Positions 47,799 to 57,453 of a DNA stretch of 64,000 nt are shown here, piece by piece. The stretch comes from a virus. Taxonomy: Duplodnaviria; Caudoviricetes. Within the stretch, counting starts at the first letter, position 1, and every line of letters begins with the position of its first letter. The position numbers and the translations under genes are program-made. Below the pieces are notes generated by a model. The model worked only from the letters and a program-made list of their open reading frames with translations, was not told the DNA's origin and ran no database searches. The DNA lies in IMG/VR virus record IMGVR_UViG_3300037424_002485, positions 24,022 through 88,021 of that record; one strand, given 5' to 3'.

Positions 47799-48490
47799 AT
47801 CCGTATCACCTTATAGGGATTGAAAAGCAGCTTCGCGTCGGGCGGCGGATCGCCGGCATCGGCTCTACCGCGAGCCGCATACATCGTATTTGCCCATAAC
47901 ATTATACCCATTTTAATAGGGGCCGGGACGGCTGCGCGCTGCGCTGTCGTCGTCGCACCGCTGGCACCGTATCCGGCGACGTACTCGACCTCGAAACCGC
48001 TGCGATAGCGCTCCACATTTATAGGCGGCACGCTACCCTTCCTGATTACAAGCCTGCCGTCGTCACCGGCCATCCAGTAGGCGTTCGCCAAATCCCAGTT
48101 CTCAAGTGTTGTGCCGTCCTCGTTGAGCGTTCGCATTGCCGTCACCGCAACAAGCGGGAGCCTGGGCAGCGGTATGGGAGCTGCCGACGTCGCGAGGAAA
48201 CGCGGGAGCAGCGCTACTATGCCCGGAAAGAAATCCATGGACATGACGACGGTCTGCTGCATAATCGCCCGGCCCATATATTCCTCGGCGGCTTGCGTAG
48301 CTGCCGTCACGAATAGCTCAATGAGGCCATCTTCGTCCATGCTATCCAAGCGGCCAAACGTTTTGACGTCGTCAAGCGATACGCAGGCTGTCGTAGCCGG
48401 TGTCTTCACGCGGAACGTCCACGTCCACGGCAGCTCCTGCGGATTGATTAAGCGATCGTTAAAACTGGGATCTGGAAATTGCTCGTACAT
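47795..48490 (-). CDS. head-tail connector (gp6-like)
   Basis: VSLDDVK, EEYMGRAIMQQT, YVAGYG, VPAPIK. Confidence 0.85.
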   Translation of the reverse strand: MYEQFPDPSFNDRLINPQELPWTWTFRVKTPATTACVSLDDVKTFGRLDSMDEDGLIELFVTAATQAAEEYMGRAIMQQTVVMSMDFFPGIVALLPRFLATSAAPIPLPRLPLVAVTAMRTLNEDGTTLENWDLANAYWMAGDDGRLVIRKGSVPPINVERYRSGFEVEYVAGYGASGATTTAQRAAVPAPIKMGIMLWANTMYAARGRADAGDPPPDAKLLFNPYKVIRI

Positions 48491-48817
48491 TTACGCTCTC
48501 CTGCCCTTTTTGGCGGCGAACGGTTCTTCGACGACAGCAACGGTTTCCACCGGCTCCTCGACAGCCGCCACAACCTCTGCGGATGCCACAACAGCCTTGT
48601 TTTCGTAGGCGGCCTTCTGCATCTTCTGCGCGGGCACGGTAAGCGGTACGGCGTGATCCACGGGCGGCGCATCAACTGCGTCGGCCACCTTCATATCAAT
48701 AACAAACGCCTTGGCGAGAGCCGCGGGTATATCGTAGGTCTCTCCCATCCGATACGTATTCACATGGATGCCATCCGGACTTCCCGGCGTTGTTTCCTTC
48801 ATTATTACCTTCGGCAT
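48491..48817 (-). CDS. hypothetical head-region protein
   Basis: GSPDGIHVNTY; Ala/Val/Glu-rich tail. Confidence 0.55.
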   Translation of the reverse strand: MPKVIMKETTPGSPDGIHVNTYRMGETYDIPAALAKAFVIDMKVADAVDAPPVDHAVPLTVPAQKMQKAAYENKAVVASAEVVAAVEEPVETVAVVEEPFAAKKGRRA

Positions 48818-48842
48818 TTTATTTCCTCCGTTTCATTGTATA

Positions 48843-49364
48843 TTACGAACTCGCCTGTTCGACGATGCCCGTTCTATTGCTGTAACTAACAACTGACCAC
48901 TCGCCGTCGGTGAAGCAATTCAGCTCTACCCACGCGCTGTTCGCACTGCCGTTCACGATGTCGATACGCGAAAGATCGGAGTTGCGGATACCGGCAAGCG
49001 ACATTCCGCTCGCGACTATCTGCAACGTACTCTGCACGCCCGCGCATACGAGATAAAGCGTTGCACCTGTGCTTGCCGTCGGCAGCTTCAGCGAAGCTGA
49101 ATTGTACGTCACCGACTGCGTGATGAAAATGTAGCCGTAAGCAGGCGTAATAACGCTCGCCGTATACGGCACGCTTGTCAACACAATAGACGTTTTCGTC
49201 ATCGGCGACAACAGCGCCAGCTGAAGTGTTCTGCCGTCAACCTGGGTTCCGTTTGCGCCACCGGCTACGTCACCGACGTCGAAGAAACCGCCGGAAGTGA
49301 TGAATAGCGTTGTTCCGCCCTGTCCTCTTCCTACTGCTGCCTGATATGTGTCGTATCTTGCCAT
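48843..49364 (-). CDS. putative head decoration/fibre protein, paralogue A (23% Ser+Thr)
   Basis: Downstream of the MCP; about 71% identical to 49399-49917. Confidence 0.6.
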   Translation of the reverse strand: MARYDTYQAAVGRGQGGTTLFITSGGFFDVGDVAGGANGTQVDGRTLQLALLSPMTKTSIVLTSVPYTASVITPAYGYIFITQSVTYNSASLKLPTASTGATLYLVCAGVQSTLQIVASGMSLAGIRNSDLSRIDIVNGSANSAWVELNCFTDGEWSVVSYSNRTGIVEQASS

Positions 49365-49398
49365 TGAATATCTCCTCTCTATTTAATTTATCACGTCG

Positions 49399-49917
49399 TT
49401 ATGCCGGTGACTCGCCAACCCCTGTTCGGTTACTATAGCGAACCACTGACCACTCGCCATCGGTGAAACAGTTCAGTTGCACCCATGCACTATTCACACT
49501 CGCATTGGTGAAACTGAGCCGTGATAAATTACTGTTGCGTATGCCGACAAGAGATACTCCACTCGCAACTATTTGCATATCACTCTGTACGCCTGCTGCG
49601 TTGATAAAGAGTATGGCACCCGCGCTCGCCGTCGGCAAATACAACGAAGCCGATGGCCAGGCCGAATCGGCGGTAATGAAAATGTAGCCGTAAGCCGGTG
49701 AAATCACGCTCACCCCAACCGTCGCACTCAAGACGACGACGGATGTTTTTACCGCTGGCGACAGCATCTGGAGCTGCAACTTTCTACCGTCTATTTGCGT
49801 ACCGTTGGCTCCGCCGGCAACATCGCCGACGTCAAAGAATCCGCCAGCGGTAACAAACAAGGTTGTTCCACCCTGACCTCTACCTACTGCGGCTTGATGC
49901 GTATCGTATCTCGACAT
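49399..49917 (-). CDS. putative head decoration/fibre protein, paralogue B (19% Ser+Thr)
   Basis: Collinear paralogue of 48843-49364. Confidence 0.6.
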   Translation of the reverse strand: MSRYDTHQAAVGRGQGGTTLFVTAGGFFDVGDVAGGANGTQIDGRKLQLQMLSPAVKTSVVVLSATVGVSVISPAYGYIFITADSAWPSASLYLPTASAGAILFINAAGVQSDMQIVASGVSLVGIRNSNLSRLSFTNASVNSAWVQLNCFTDGEWSVVRYSNRTGVGESPA

Positions 49918-49985
49918 GCTCGCCTTTCTTAAAAACAGGGGCCGTATAACCGGCGGCCCCGTTCCGGTATTTTACCGCAGACGCA

Positions 49986-50480
49986 TTACGCGTCGAGATT
50001 TGGTGTGGTCACCGGCCAGTTTTCGGCGTGACCGAGCTGGGCTTCGATGAACATATACCCCGACGTGTTATTGGCCATTGCACCGGTGGTCGAGATGTTT
50101 ACGCGGACGTACTGCTTGTTGCCGACGTAACCGACTCTGAGGCAGGCGCCGCTATACGTGCTGGCGACAACCGGGATAATCCCCGATGTCATTACGCCCG
50201 ACGCCTCGCGGATTACATCAATGCTACCGCAAACCGCGTAATCGCTGGGGCCAAGGCCGAGCGCGCTGGCGTCGGTGTGCTCGACGCGAAGGTACCAGTA
50301 CGAAGTGGCGGGCACCACTGCGGTGCTCGTTGCCAGCAGGTAGCAGTTGAAGGTCAGGCTATCGTAGCCCTGCCGGTCAACGGCCTGCCCGGTATTGCTT
50401 GTGGCAAGCAATGCGGTAACGGCGGCCGCACCGTCGCAACGAGCATTGCTGAAATACGTAAATGTTTCTCTGGTGTTCAT
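49986..50480 (-). CDS. putative head decoration protein (20% Ser+Thr)
   Basis: Directly after the MCP; GQAVDRQGYDS, RVGYVGNKQYVRV, QLGH. Confidence 0.65.
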   Translation of the reverse strand: MNTRETFTYFSNARCDGAAAVTALLATSNTGQAVDRQGYDSLTFNCYLLATSTAVVPATSYWYLRVEHTDASALGLGPSDYAVCGSIDVIREASGVMTSGIIPVVASTYSGACLRVGYVGNKQYVRVNISTTGAMANNTSGYMFIEAQLGHAENWPVTTPNLDA

Positions 50481-50526
50481 GTATTCTTTTCCTCCTCTTT
50501 AAAATATCCGCGACGGTCGTAAAGAC

Positions 50527-51993
50527 TTACGCGCCAAGCGTAGGCGTCCCGATATACAGGAGCTTGATTGCCTGGAAATTAACAACATCGCCACCGACCC
50601 GGCGTCTCGTGTAGAACTCAACAAACGGTTTCTTGGTGTAGGGATCACGCTGAACAGTGATGCCCTGCCTGTCAACGATCTGATAAGCCTCGCGGAAATC
50701 GGCGAGTGCGCCGGCGAGTGCATTCGCGGCCACCGTCGGCATGCTGGTGCTCATACGAAGAGGCAGACCGAGCAAAGTGCTGGGCTGACCTTCGGTGATA
50801 CCCGGTCTCCAGATATACTGACTGTCGCCGTCTTTGAGCTGCATGATAGTCGCGATAGTCAGGCGGTTAAACAGCCAGGTGCCCCGCATAAGCAAGTCTT
50901 CGACCAAGCTGTATTTCAGCCGGATGAGACCGTCTGTGGTAATCGTTGCCGCTGCGCCAGACCCGCGCTGCTCGATCTGACCGAGGGTTACGCCGCCGTC
51001 GCCTTTGGTGCCGGCATAATCGGCGTAGGTCAAGAAGCCTCTGGGTTTATTGATACCGCTGCCCGATACGAACGCAGCCGCTTCTGCCCGGCCGAACTTC
51101 TCGCTGACTTTCTTGGCAATCCATTCTTCGAGATTGATGCTGGCATCGTCGATCATGGACTGAGTTGCGTAAGGCCGCGCCGACTGAATGTGCACGGGAA
51201 TACGCTTTTTGTTAAACTGGCTGCTGCCGCTGATAGTCGTCGAAACCGTCTCGCCTTCCCAATCGCTGGCGAACTGACCGAGGTCTTCGAGCATTTCCAG
51301 AGCATCGGTGCCGATCGCCTCAACTGCGGCGAGCTGCCGAATCGGATCCATCTCCCAGATACGCTCGACAACGCGTGCGCTCATTACCGGCGTTACGAGG
51401 ATACCGCCGTCGGGATCACTACCGGTCGTCAAGTACTTGAAGGCTTCCGGATGACTGATGGGAATGTTTTTCTCGTCGATGCGCAAGTAAATACCCATAG
51501 CCTGCTGATAGTTTTTGTATTCCTCGACGCTCACCATATCGTCGGGGATACCAGTCTTCGGCAGGTTCTTGTGGGCGACCATCTGGTGAATCTTGAACTG
51601 CCGGGCCATATCGAATTCTTTGGCCTCGGACTCGGACATATGACGACCGCCGCCTGCTGCCATCATACGTTTTACACTGACCTCAACGTCATCCAGCCGT
51701 TTGGTGACTGCGTCTTCCAACTTCTCCTGGCGCGTGGTGATGTCCTCACTGAGCTTGGTCATCTTCTCGCGGTCGAGAGCGTCCACTTTGCCGTCCGTCT
51801 TCGTGCACAAATCGCGCATTTCCTTCACGCTCTTCTGAAGCGATTCGGATAACGCCTTTGTGTTGCCGCCCAACTTCTTGACCTCTTCCGCAACGGCTGC
51901 GAAGATTTCCGGCTGTATTGTCTGCCGGTCAGTATCATTGCCGTCCGCGTCTTTGATCGAGTAGAGGGGTCTTCCCTTCATTTCTACTTTCAT
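50527..51993 (-). CDS. HK97-fold major capsid protein with delta domain
   Basis: N-terminal coiled coil, DPDGG.LV, AEAAAFVSG.G..KPRGFL, ADFREAY, RRVGGDV. Confidence 0.95.
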   Translation of the reverse strand: MKVEMKGRPLYSIKDADGNDTDRQTIQPEIFAAVAEEVKKLGGNTKALSESLQKSVKEMRDLCTKTDGKVDALDREKMTKLSEDITTRQEKLEDAVTKRLDDVEVSVKRMMAAGGGRHMSESEAKEFDMARQFKIHQMVAHKNLPKTGIPDDMVSVEEYKNYQQAMGIYLRIDEKNIPISHPEAFKYLTTGSDPDGGILVTPVMSARVVERIWEMDPIRQLAAVEAIGTDALEMLEDLGQFASDWEGETVSTTISGSSQFNKKRIPVHIQSARPYATQSMIDDASINLEEWIAKKVSEKFGRAEAAAFVSGSGINKPRGFLTYADYAGTKGDGGVTLGQIEQRGSGAAATITTDGLIRLKYSLVEDLLMRGTWLFNRLTIATIMQLKDGDSQYIWRPGITEGQPSTLLGLPLRMSTSMPTVAANALAGALADFREAYQIVDRQGITVQRDPYTKKPFVEFYTRRRVGGDVVNFQAIKLLYIGTPTLGA

Positions 51994-52028
51994 TGACTTT
52001 CCTCCTTATCGAAATTATGCTGCGCGTG

Positions 52029-52730
52029 TTAAATTTTTATCGCTGCGTTTGCCTTCTTAAGCTCGTCGAGCACCGCCTGCCAATCCTGTCCGCTGTCTAT
52101 GTGCTGTTGTCTCCCTGCGTCCCGCAGTCCCGACTTACACAATGCGACAAGATATTTGGAAACCTCGTGATCTATACCTGCATCCCGCAGTGACCGTTCG
52201 AGTTCCCTGGGTGTCTTCGCGCCAAGAATTTCTTTAACGGACGTCACCGATGCGCGCGTGTTCATCGGAAACGTCACGAGAGAAATTTCCCATAATTCTG
52301 CTTCTTTGATTGTCCGCACCCGCTTCTTTTCGTCCATATCGGACAACACCGTCGAATAGCCAATCGACAGCCCTTTTATGCCGCCCATACGCATGATCTT
52401 ATGCACGGGGATACCGTCGGGCATTGCCGTCGGTTCTACGCAGCCCTCGACGTACAGCCCTTTTTTGTCTTCTTGCAGACTCGTCCATATTCCGATAGGC
52501 GCACGAGCGTCATGCGACCACAGCAGCGCGATACCGTTACCGTTGCGCCCATTGCTCTTAAGCGTCTTCGCGAAACAACCCGTCGCTATAACATCGCCGC
52601 CGCTATCCGCCGGCCCGCCGAACGTACTCGCATATCCTTTAAAATGGCCGTCTACGTTGACGTCGTCTGTTTTGATCTCAAGACTGAAACTCAGTGTTTC
52701 GTCTCCGCGTCGTGCAAATTTTGTCATCAT
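52029..52730 (-). CDS. HK97-type prohead protease
   Basis: FKGYASTFG, DVIATGCF, LLWSHD, GLSIGY, LWEISLVTFPMN; RBS aggagg. Confidence 0.92.
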   Translation of the reverse strand: MMTKFARRGDETLSFSLEIKTDDVNVDGHFKGYASTFGGPADSGGDVIATGCFAKTLKSNGRNGNGIALLWSHDARAPIGIWTSLQEDKKGLYVEGCVEPTAMPDGIPVHKIMRMGGIKGLSIGYSTVLSDMDEKKRVRTIKEAELWEISLVTFPMNTRASVTSVKEILGAKTPRELERSLRDAGIDHEVSKYLVALCKSGLRDAGRQQHIDSGQDWQAVLDELKKANAAIKI

Positions 52731-52741
52731 TTCCGTCCTCC

Positions 52742-53548
52742 TCAAACCCATTGAACTCGTCCGCCTACGCGTACCGTATGATATAAGACCACACATCTGC
52801 AATTTATAGTTGTGCCTGCGCTACCCTTTGGATCGCCTGGATTCATAAGTTTCTCACCGCCGACATCAAAGGGTTCGTCCATACCGCGACGCTGTCCGTT
52901 CGCCTTCTGGTGATCGACGCGCGTACGCTCATCCGCCATGCTCACCCATTCACGCTCGAATTTAACGCGGGTACTGCGAACGGATTCATTCACCGCATAC
53001 GTGGACGCCGCGTGTACTTCCGTCCGCGCTATTCTAAAAGCCCGTTTTAAGTTCACACCGGCTCCCGTGCTCGCCCATATATTCTCTGCCGTCACCGCGT
53101 AACTGTCGCCGTTGTTTGCTCCCGCCGAAATTATCGCCCGCAATCCTTTTATCGTCACCGTATCCATCAACTTCACTTTTGCCAGAGCCTGGGCCAGTGT
53201 CCACCGGTGAAACGCCTGCCAAAACTCCTCGGCCATACCCTTCTGTTCCTTTGGCCCGAAACTCCCTTTCTGACGGCTGGCGAATGATGATTCCGTCGAT
53301 AAAAAGAATGTCTGGCCGACGCGCGTGTACTGTTCGCTCAACGCTTTTATCAACAGGCCGCGCAAGCTGTTGACGACGTGCTCGACATCGAAGACTCCCT
53401 GCTTGGCGTGAGCAGCGGCCACCCGCCACTGATGGTCGAGTAGCGCCTTTACGTGCCGTCTGAACGCGCGCTCCAGCAGTATCTGCTGCCTGACTACGGC
53501 AGCCTGCGCCCTGACTTTTGCCGGCGCTGTATTTACGTCGAAGTACAT
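52742..53548 (-). CDS. head morphogenesis protein (SPP1 gp7/MuF)
   Basis: RIARTE, EWVSMADERTR..H, PGDP, INCRC. Confidence 0.9.
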   Translation of the reverse strand: MYFDVNTAPAKVRAQAAVVRQQILLERAFRRHVKALLDHQWRVAAAHAKQGVFDVEHVVNSLRGLLIKALSEQYTRVGQTFFLSTESSFASRQKGSFGPKEQKGMAEEFWQAFHRWTLAQALAKVKLMDTVTIKGLRAIISAGANNGDSYAVTAENIWASTGAGVNLKRAFRIARTEVHAASTYAVNESVRSTRVKFEREWVSMADERTRVDHQKANGQRRGMDEPFDVGGEKLMNPGDPKGSAGTTINCRCVVLYHTVRVGGRVQWV

Positions 53549-53578
53549 TTAAATATTATCCTTTACCTTCTCAAATCA

Positions 53579-54031
53579 CTAAACCCTTACACCAGCGAAA
53601 ACTATCCAATCAATAATCTCATGCGCTGTCATACGTTTACGTTTTCCTGTATCGGTACGTTCGATCAAATACGAAGTCTCCGTACCGTGTCGTGTTGAAT
53701 TAGCAACTATACTATATCCTAACTTCGCCAATGCAGTAGTAGTTTGATCAATTGTTAATTTGGGTCGTTTCGACGCTGTCAACTTAGGTGGTTTTTTGCC
53801 GTCTTTAGAAATACCAAAACCCTCGCCTCCGGGTTTGTTTCCTCCGCCACCTTCACCAAATCTACCGATTTCATCACGGGGATGATCTGCCTCGTCCCAT
53901 TTAAAATCTGTCGGATGTGCGGTGAAATCCAGCCGCGCGCCGGGTATAATCGAAATCCGATTATTTAACTCCCGCTCTTCCGCCGTCAACTTTGCAGGAA
54001 ACAGCGGTATATATTTCTCACCAAGCGGCAT
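53579..54031 (-). CDS. hypothetical protein with WDEADHPRDEIGRF motif
   Basis: Likely start MPLGEK at 54031; more AT-rich than its neighbours. Confidence 0.55.
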   Translation of the reverse strand: MPLGEKYIPLFPAKLTAEERELNNRISIIPGARLDFTAHPTDFKWDEADHPRDEIGRFGEGGGGNKPGGEGFGISKDGKKPPKLTASKRPKLTIDQTTTALAKLGYSIVANSTRHGTETSYLIERTDTGKRKRMTAHEIIDWIVFAGVRV

Positions 54032-54032
54032 T

Positions 54033-54704
54033 TTATTCCCCGCACATCTCGGCGAGTGCCTTCGCAGCTGCCGCAATATCTTTGTTGTCGTCGCCCGCAC
54101 AGGCGTCGAGCGCCTTCTTGTATACCATGCCGTCCTTTACGACAGGATGCGTATACGCCATACGTGTATCCGCTGGCTTGCTCATATCCACTCCGAGGTG
54201 ATGGCTGCCGTAAACGGCCCAATTGTCGCCCTTCTCGCCGAGCATCTTCTGCCTGTCGGCCTCGCCGAACTTGAGGCGGTCGGCGGTATTCACGCGGCCC
54301 GCTCGGATACACGCCTTCACGTTTTCAACGGCTTTCGTGTGTACGCCAACCGCTTTTTCTTCAAGGCTCGGCTCTATCCACGCCGTCTCTCCGCTGGCCG
54401 CTGCAAAGCTACCACCATGCGCGCGGCAATGATCGCGAGCCGCCGCAGCCTCCCACTCGACTTGCGGATACCGATACGCTTGTATTTCGGACTTACCGTC
54501 CCGGGTCACGCCGAATATCACGTCAATTTTCTTATCGGCTGCCGTGAGATAGGCGTTCTTGCGTACGAACTTCACGTACTTACTGGCCGCGTTAAATCTT
54601 CCGCTGTGCTCGGCAGCCGACGGCGCCATTTCCGCGCGAGAATCAACGTCCGACTTCTCCCTGTTGACGCCAACCGATTCGTTTTCTACTTGTGTGAGTT
54701 TCAT
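54033..54704 (-). CDS. hypothetical head-assembly-region protein
   Basis: EHSGR, QAYRYP..W, YGSHHLG, YTHPVVKDG.VY..AL. Confidence 0.55.
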   Translation of the reverse strand: MKLTQVENESVGVNREKSDVDSRAEMAPSAAEHSGRFNAASKYVKFVRKNAYLTAADKKIDVIFGVTRDGKSEIQAYRYPQVEWEAAAARDHCRAHGGSFAAASGETAWIEPSLEEKAVGVHTKAVENVKACIRAGRVNTADRLKFGEADRQKMLGEKGDNWAVYGSHHLGVDMSKPADTRMAYTHPVVKDGMVYKKALDACAGDDNKDIAAAAKALAEMCGE

Positions 54705-56170
54705 TTTCCGTCCTCCTCAGTGCCGGGCTTCGCAGCGCCAGCAGGTTTCTTTTTTGGGGTCGTGTCGTTCTCGTCGGTGTCTTCATCGGCCGGCAGTATC
54801 TCTTCCTCGCCGTCAACTATATCCGTCAAGTCTCCGCTCGCATTTGGGTCTTCCTGCGGATTCTCGCCGAGCGGCATCATCATAGCCTGCTGATATATTT
54901 TATCGGCGGGATCGCGGCCGTCGGCGGCGTCGAGCACATTCTGATAGTCCTCGTGACCGGTCATCCGCCGCTTTTCGTTAATCGTCAAGAAGTCCGCACC
55001 CTCTGCCTTTTCATACTGCGATTTGCGCCGAGGCTCTAGCGCGGGCAATTTATCGTAATCGGGAACGAGCGCCATACGGTCGCCGCTGGCAAACATCCAG
55101 TGAGAGAAGCCGCCGCCGAACCGCTTGAGATAAAAGAATATGGTATTCTCCCAGAACGCGAGCAGCGCGCTTTCATAATTGCTGTACGTGTTGTCTCCGG
55201 GTATACCAAGTATCATCGGCGGCACGCCAAAGCCCAGCGCGATACGCCTCGACATCTCCCGATTGCTCTCTATGTAATCCATCTCCAGCGGGCTCCAACC
55301 GTACGGCGTTACCGTCGCGCCCTCGCCCTCGACGATAAGATGCTTACCCGTGTTCTTCGGCCCGCCGTACTTCTCGCGGAGTTTCTTTTCGAGCCGATTG
55401 TATTCGGTGTCGCCGATGTTACCTTTGAAGCTGACAATCATTCCCGGCCGGCCCTGATTCTGGAGGAGATTCTTATTCCACTCCATGGCTTCATTCGCCG
55501 TGTCGATTTCACGACTTGTCGGCTCAACGGGGCCGGCTCCATACCAATCGTGAAGGGGATGAAAAAATTTCATGTGCCAGATATTCGACTGCCCACTTAT
55601 CGGGTCAATCGGCCACGAGCACTCTCTGCCGCTCGGCCCCGTGTACTTATAACCGCGACGCACACCGGTATCCGGATTAACGTCCACCGTCATACGATCA
55701 GGGCGGTGGCTCCACAGCTCACGGGCAACGCCAGCATTCTTTCCCGTAGTCGGGCCGATGCGCTCCATGTAGGCGTTTCCTGATATTACGGCGAACGCCG
55801 TATGCCTACCGATGAGTTCACCCCACGTATACTCAGGGTTTGGCCGATACATAAGGTCGACAACAGGATGGTCGGTTACCTCTTCGACGGCTCCGTCTTT
55901 GCGCTTCCGCTCAATTCGCCACGGCGTCGATTCGACGGCCCGCGCTATTTCGTCGGCACACCGATAGGCGACGACATTCGTCAGATAGGCTTCCTTGGCA
56001 AACACGTCGTAACGCCGTGGCCGCCATACGGCGCCGCTGCCGCCGGGAATGAGAACCTGCTGCACCGGACTCCACTTCTCCTCTTTACCGGAAGCGCGTC
56101 GCGCTCGGGCCGGAGCGGATAGCGGAAAATTTATTATTTGCGGATCGCGTCTCGGCATTGTTGTCCTCAT
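54701..56170 (-). CDS. HK97-family portal protein
   Basis: VAYRC, GNAYM, HRPDRM, NQGRPG, FGVPPMILG..NTYSN, TINEKRRMTG. Confidence 0.95.
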   Translation of the reverse strand: MRTTMPRRDPQIINFPLSAPARARRASGKEEKWSPVQQVLIPGGSGAVWRPRRYDVFAKEAYLTNVVAYRCADEIARAVESTPWRIERKRKDGAVEEVTDHPVVDLMYRPNPEYTWGELIGRHTAFAVISGNAYMERIGPTTGKNAGVARELWSHRPDRMTVDVNPDTGVRRGYKYTGPSGRECSWPIDPISGQSNIWHMKFFHPLHDWYGAGPVEPTSREIDTANEAMEWNKNLLQNQGRPGMIVSFKGNIGDTEYNRLEKKLREKYGGPKNTGKHLIVEGEGATVTPYGWSPLEMDYIESNREMSRRIALGFGVPPMILGIPGDNTYSNYESALLAFWENTIFFYLKRFGGGFSHWMFASGDRMALVPDYDKLPALEPRRKSQYEKAEGADFLTINEKRRMTGHEDYQNVLDAADGRDPADKIYQQAMMMPLGENPQEDPNASGDLTDIVDGEEEILPADEDTDENDTTPKKKPAGAAKPGTEEDGK

Positions 56171-56172
56171 CC

Positions 56173-56544
56173 CTATTCAGCGGGAATTGTATTGTATATA
56201 TCCTCAACTATCACCTTAGCGACTTCGTTGCGCGGCAATGCGAAATTTCCGTTTGCTGTGACAAATAAAAAAGCAGCCGAATATTCTCCTACAGTGGCTG
56301 TATCAACAGCCGCCCATCTATACTCAACAGATCCGTTAGACAAATCGGTCATATTTGCTAATGTACTGGTCACAGTTGACCCGACAATAACAGAACCGTA
56401 CGCGCCTGATAAAAGTGTGGCCATGCAAAAATACACAGCAGTGACCCCAACTACACTTAAATCCACCACGCCGTCCTTATCGCGCACCTGTATCGGATAA
56501 TACGGCAACCTCATGTTCTGTCCAATGCGAAATACTTCTATCAC
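56173..56544 (-). CDS. BppU-N-like Ig-fold virion protein
   Basis: VDLS, NGSVEYRW..DT..GEY..F..G..P. Confidence 0.55.
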   Translation of the reverse strand: MIEVFRIGQNMRLPYYPIQVRDKDGVVDLSVVGVTAVYFCMATLLSGAYGSVIVGSTVTSTLANMTDLSNGSVEYRWAAVDTATVGEYSAAFLFVTANGNFALPRNEVAKVIVEDIYNTIPAE

Positions 56545-56728
56545 GGCAGCGTCCTTTCAAAATTTATTCCACAACAAAAATACGCACCTGGGCGTCATAT
56601 ATCAACACCCTGACTATATTATCCTGATAAACTATCATACGCTCATCGACTCCGTCCTAACGCAGCATCGAATATCAGCAAAGATGATACACAGGCGCGT
56701 AAAGGTTAAAGTCTTTGGCATAATATCC

Positions 56729-57247
56729 TTAAACTCCGGTGAAAGTGTGGTTAATGTATACCGTCAGCGTATCCGTCAGCGTCTTATCAAACGCAGCCGC
56801 AAATAACGCATGAGTAACTGCCTGCGTCGGTGCCGCCGTGCTATCGCATATCGCGACTTCGCGCACGCCTACCTGAGAAAATGTCGCCGCACTAAACGTT
56901 GTCCTCCATGTGATTATATTCGACCCTCTGCCGGTATTATTTGCGTCGGTATCACTTTGCATCGGGTACGAGGCGTCTATGCTCAAACACGCACTGACTA
57001 TCGACGTGGTGACGTCAATATCCGCGGCGGATACTGCTACCGAGGCTGTCCCCAAACGCATACCGTTTGCGAGGAAAAGAGACCCTGCTACAGCTTTATA
57101 GGCATAATACTTATTACCGCTCGTACCCACGAGATTTGATCCGTAAATATACTTTTTGCGGCCGTCCTGTGATTCAATTAGCGCGATGACGTTCCCTTGA
57201 ATTTTAACGTCATCAAAAAATCCATTTGTTAAAAAATCCTGTTTCAT
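56729..57247 (-). CDS. putative virion structural protein (Ser/Thr-rich)
   Basis: NLVGTSG..GT..D..TWRTTF..GVREVA..KTLTDTLTV. Confidence 0.55.
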   Translation of the reverse strand: MKQDFLTNGFFDDVKIQGNVIALIESQDGRKKYIYGSNLVGTSGNKYYAYKAVAGSLFLANGMRLGTASVAVSAADIDVTTSIVSACLSIDASYPMQSDTDANNTGRGSNIITWRTTFSAATFSQVGVREVAICDSTAAPTQAVTHALFAAAFDKTLTDTLTVYINHTFTGV

Positions 57248-57453
57248 CCTATTACCTCCTTATTTTTCTGAAACCATTTTTTATCTGATCGCGTTAATAC
57301 CGCGACTACTTTTTCATTCACCGCCACTTTAACGTCTGTTCCTTGTCTTTTGGATAACGTATCCGTTTTCGTTATGACGCGATATGTAGCAACCCCAAAT
57401 ACACTAAATACCGTCGCCAATATAATAACGATTAGATACAAAAAAATTATCAT
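57244..57453 (-). CDS. small membrane protein
   Basis: Hydrophobic N-terminus. Confidence 0.4.
   Translation of the reverse strand: MIIFLYLIVIILATVFSVFGVATYRVITKTDTLSKRQGTDVKVAVNEKVVAVLTRSDKKWFQKNKEVIG

Noticed and set aside
48843-49917. Diversity-generating retroelement (TR/VR pair)
   Set aside because: Both copies are full ORFs, differences are synonymous changes at all bases rather than adenine-specific, and no reverse transcriptase is in the window.
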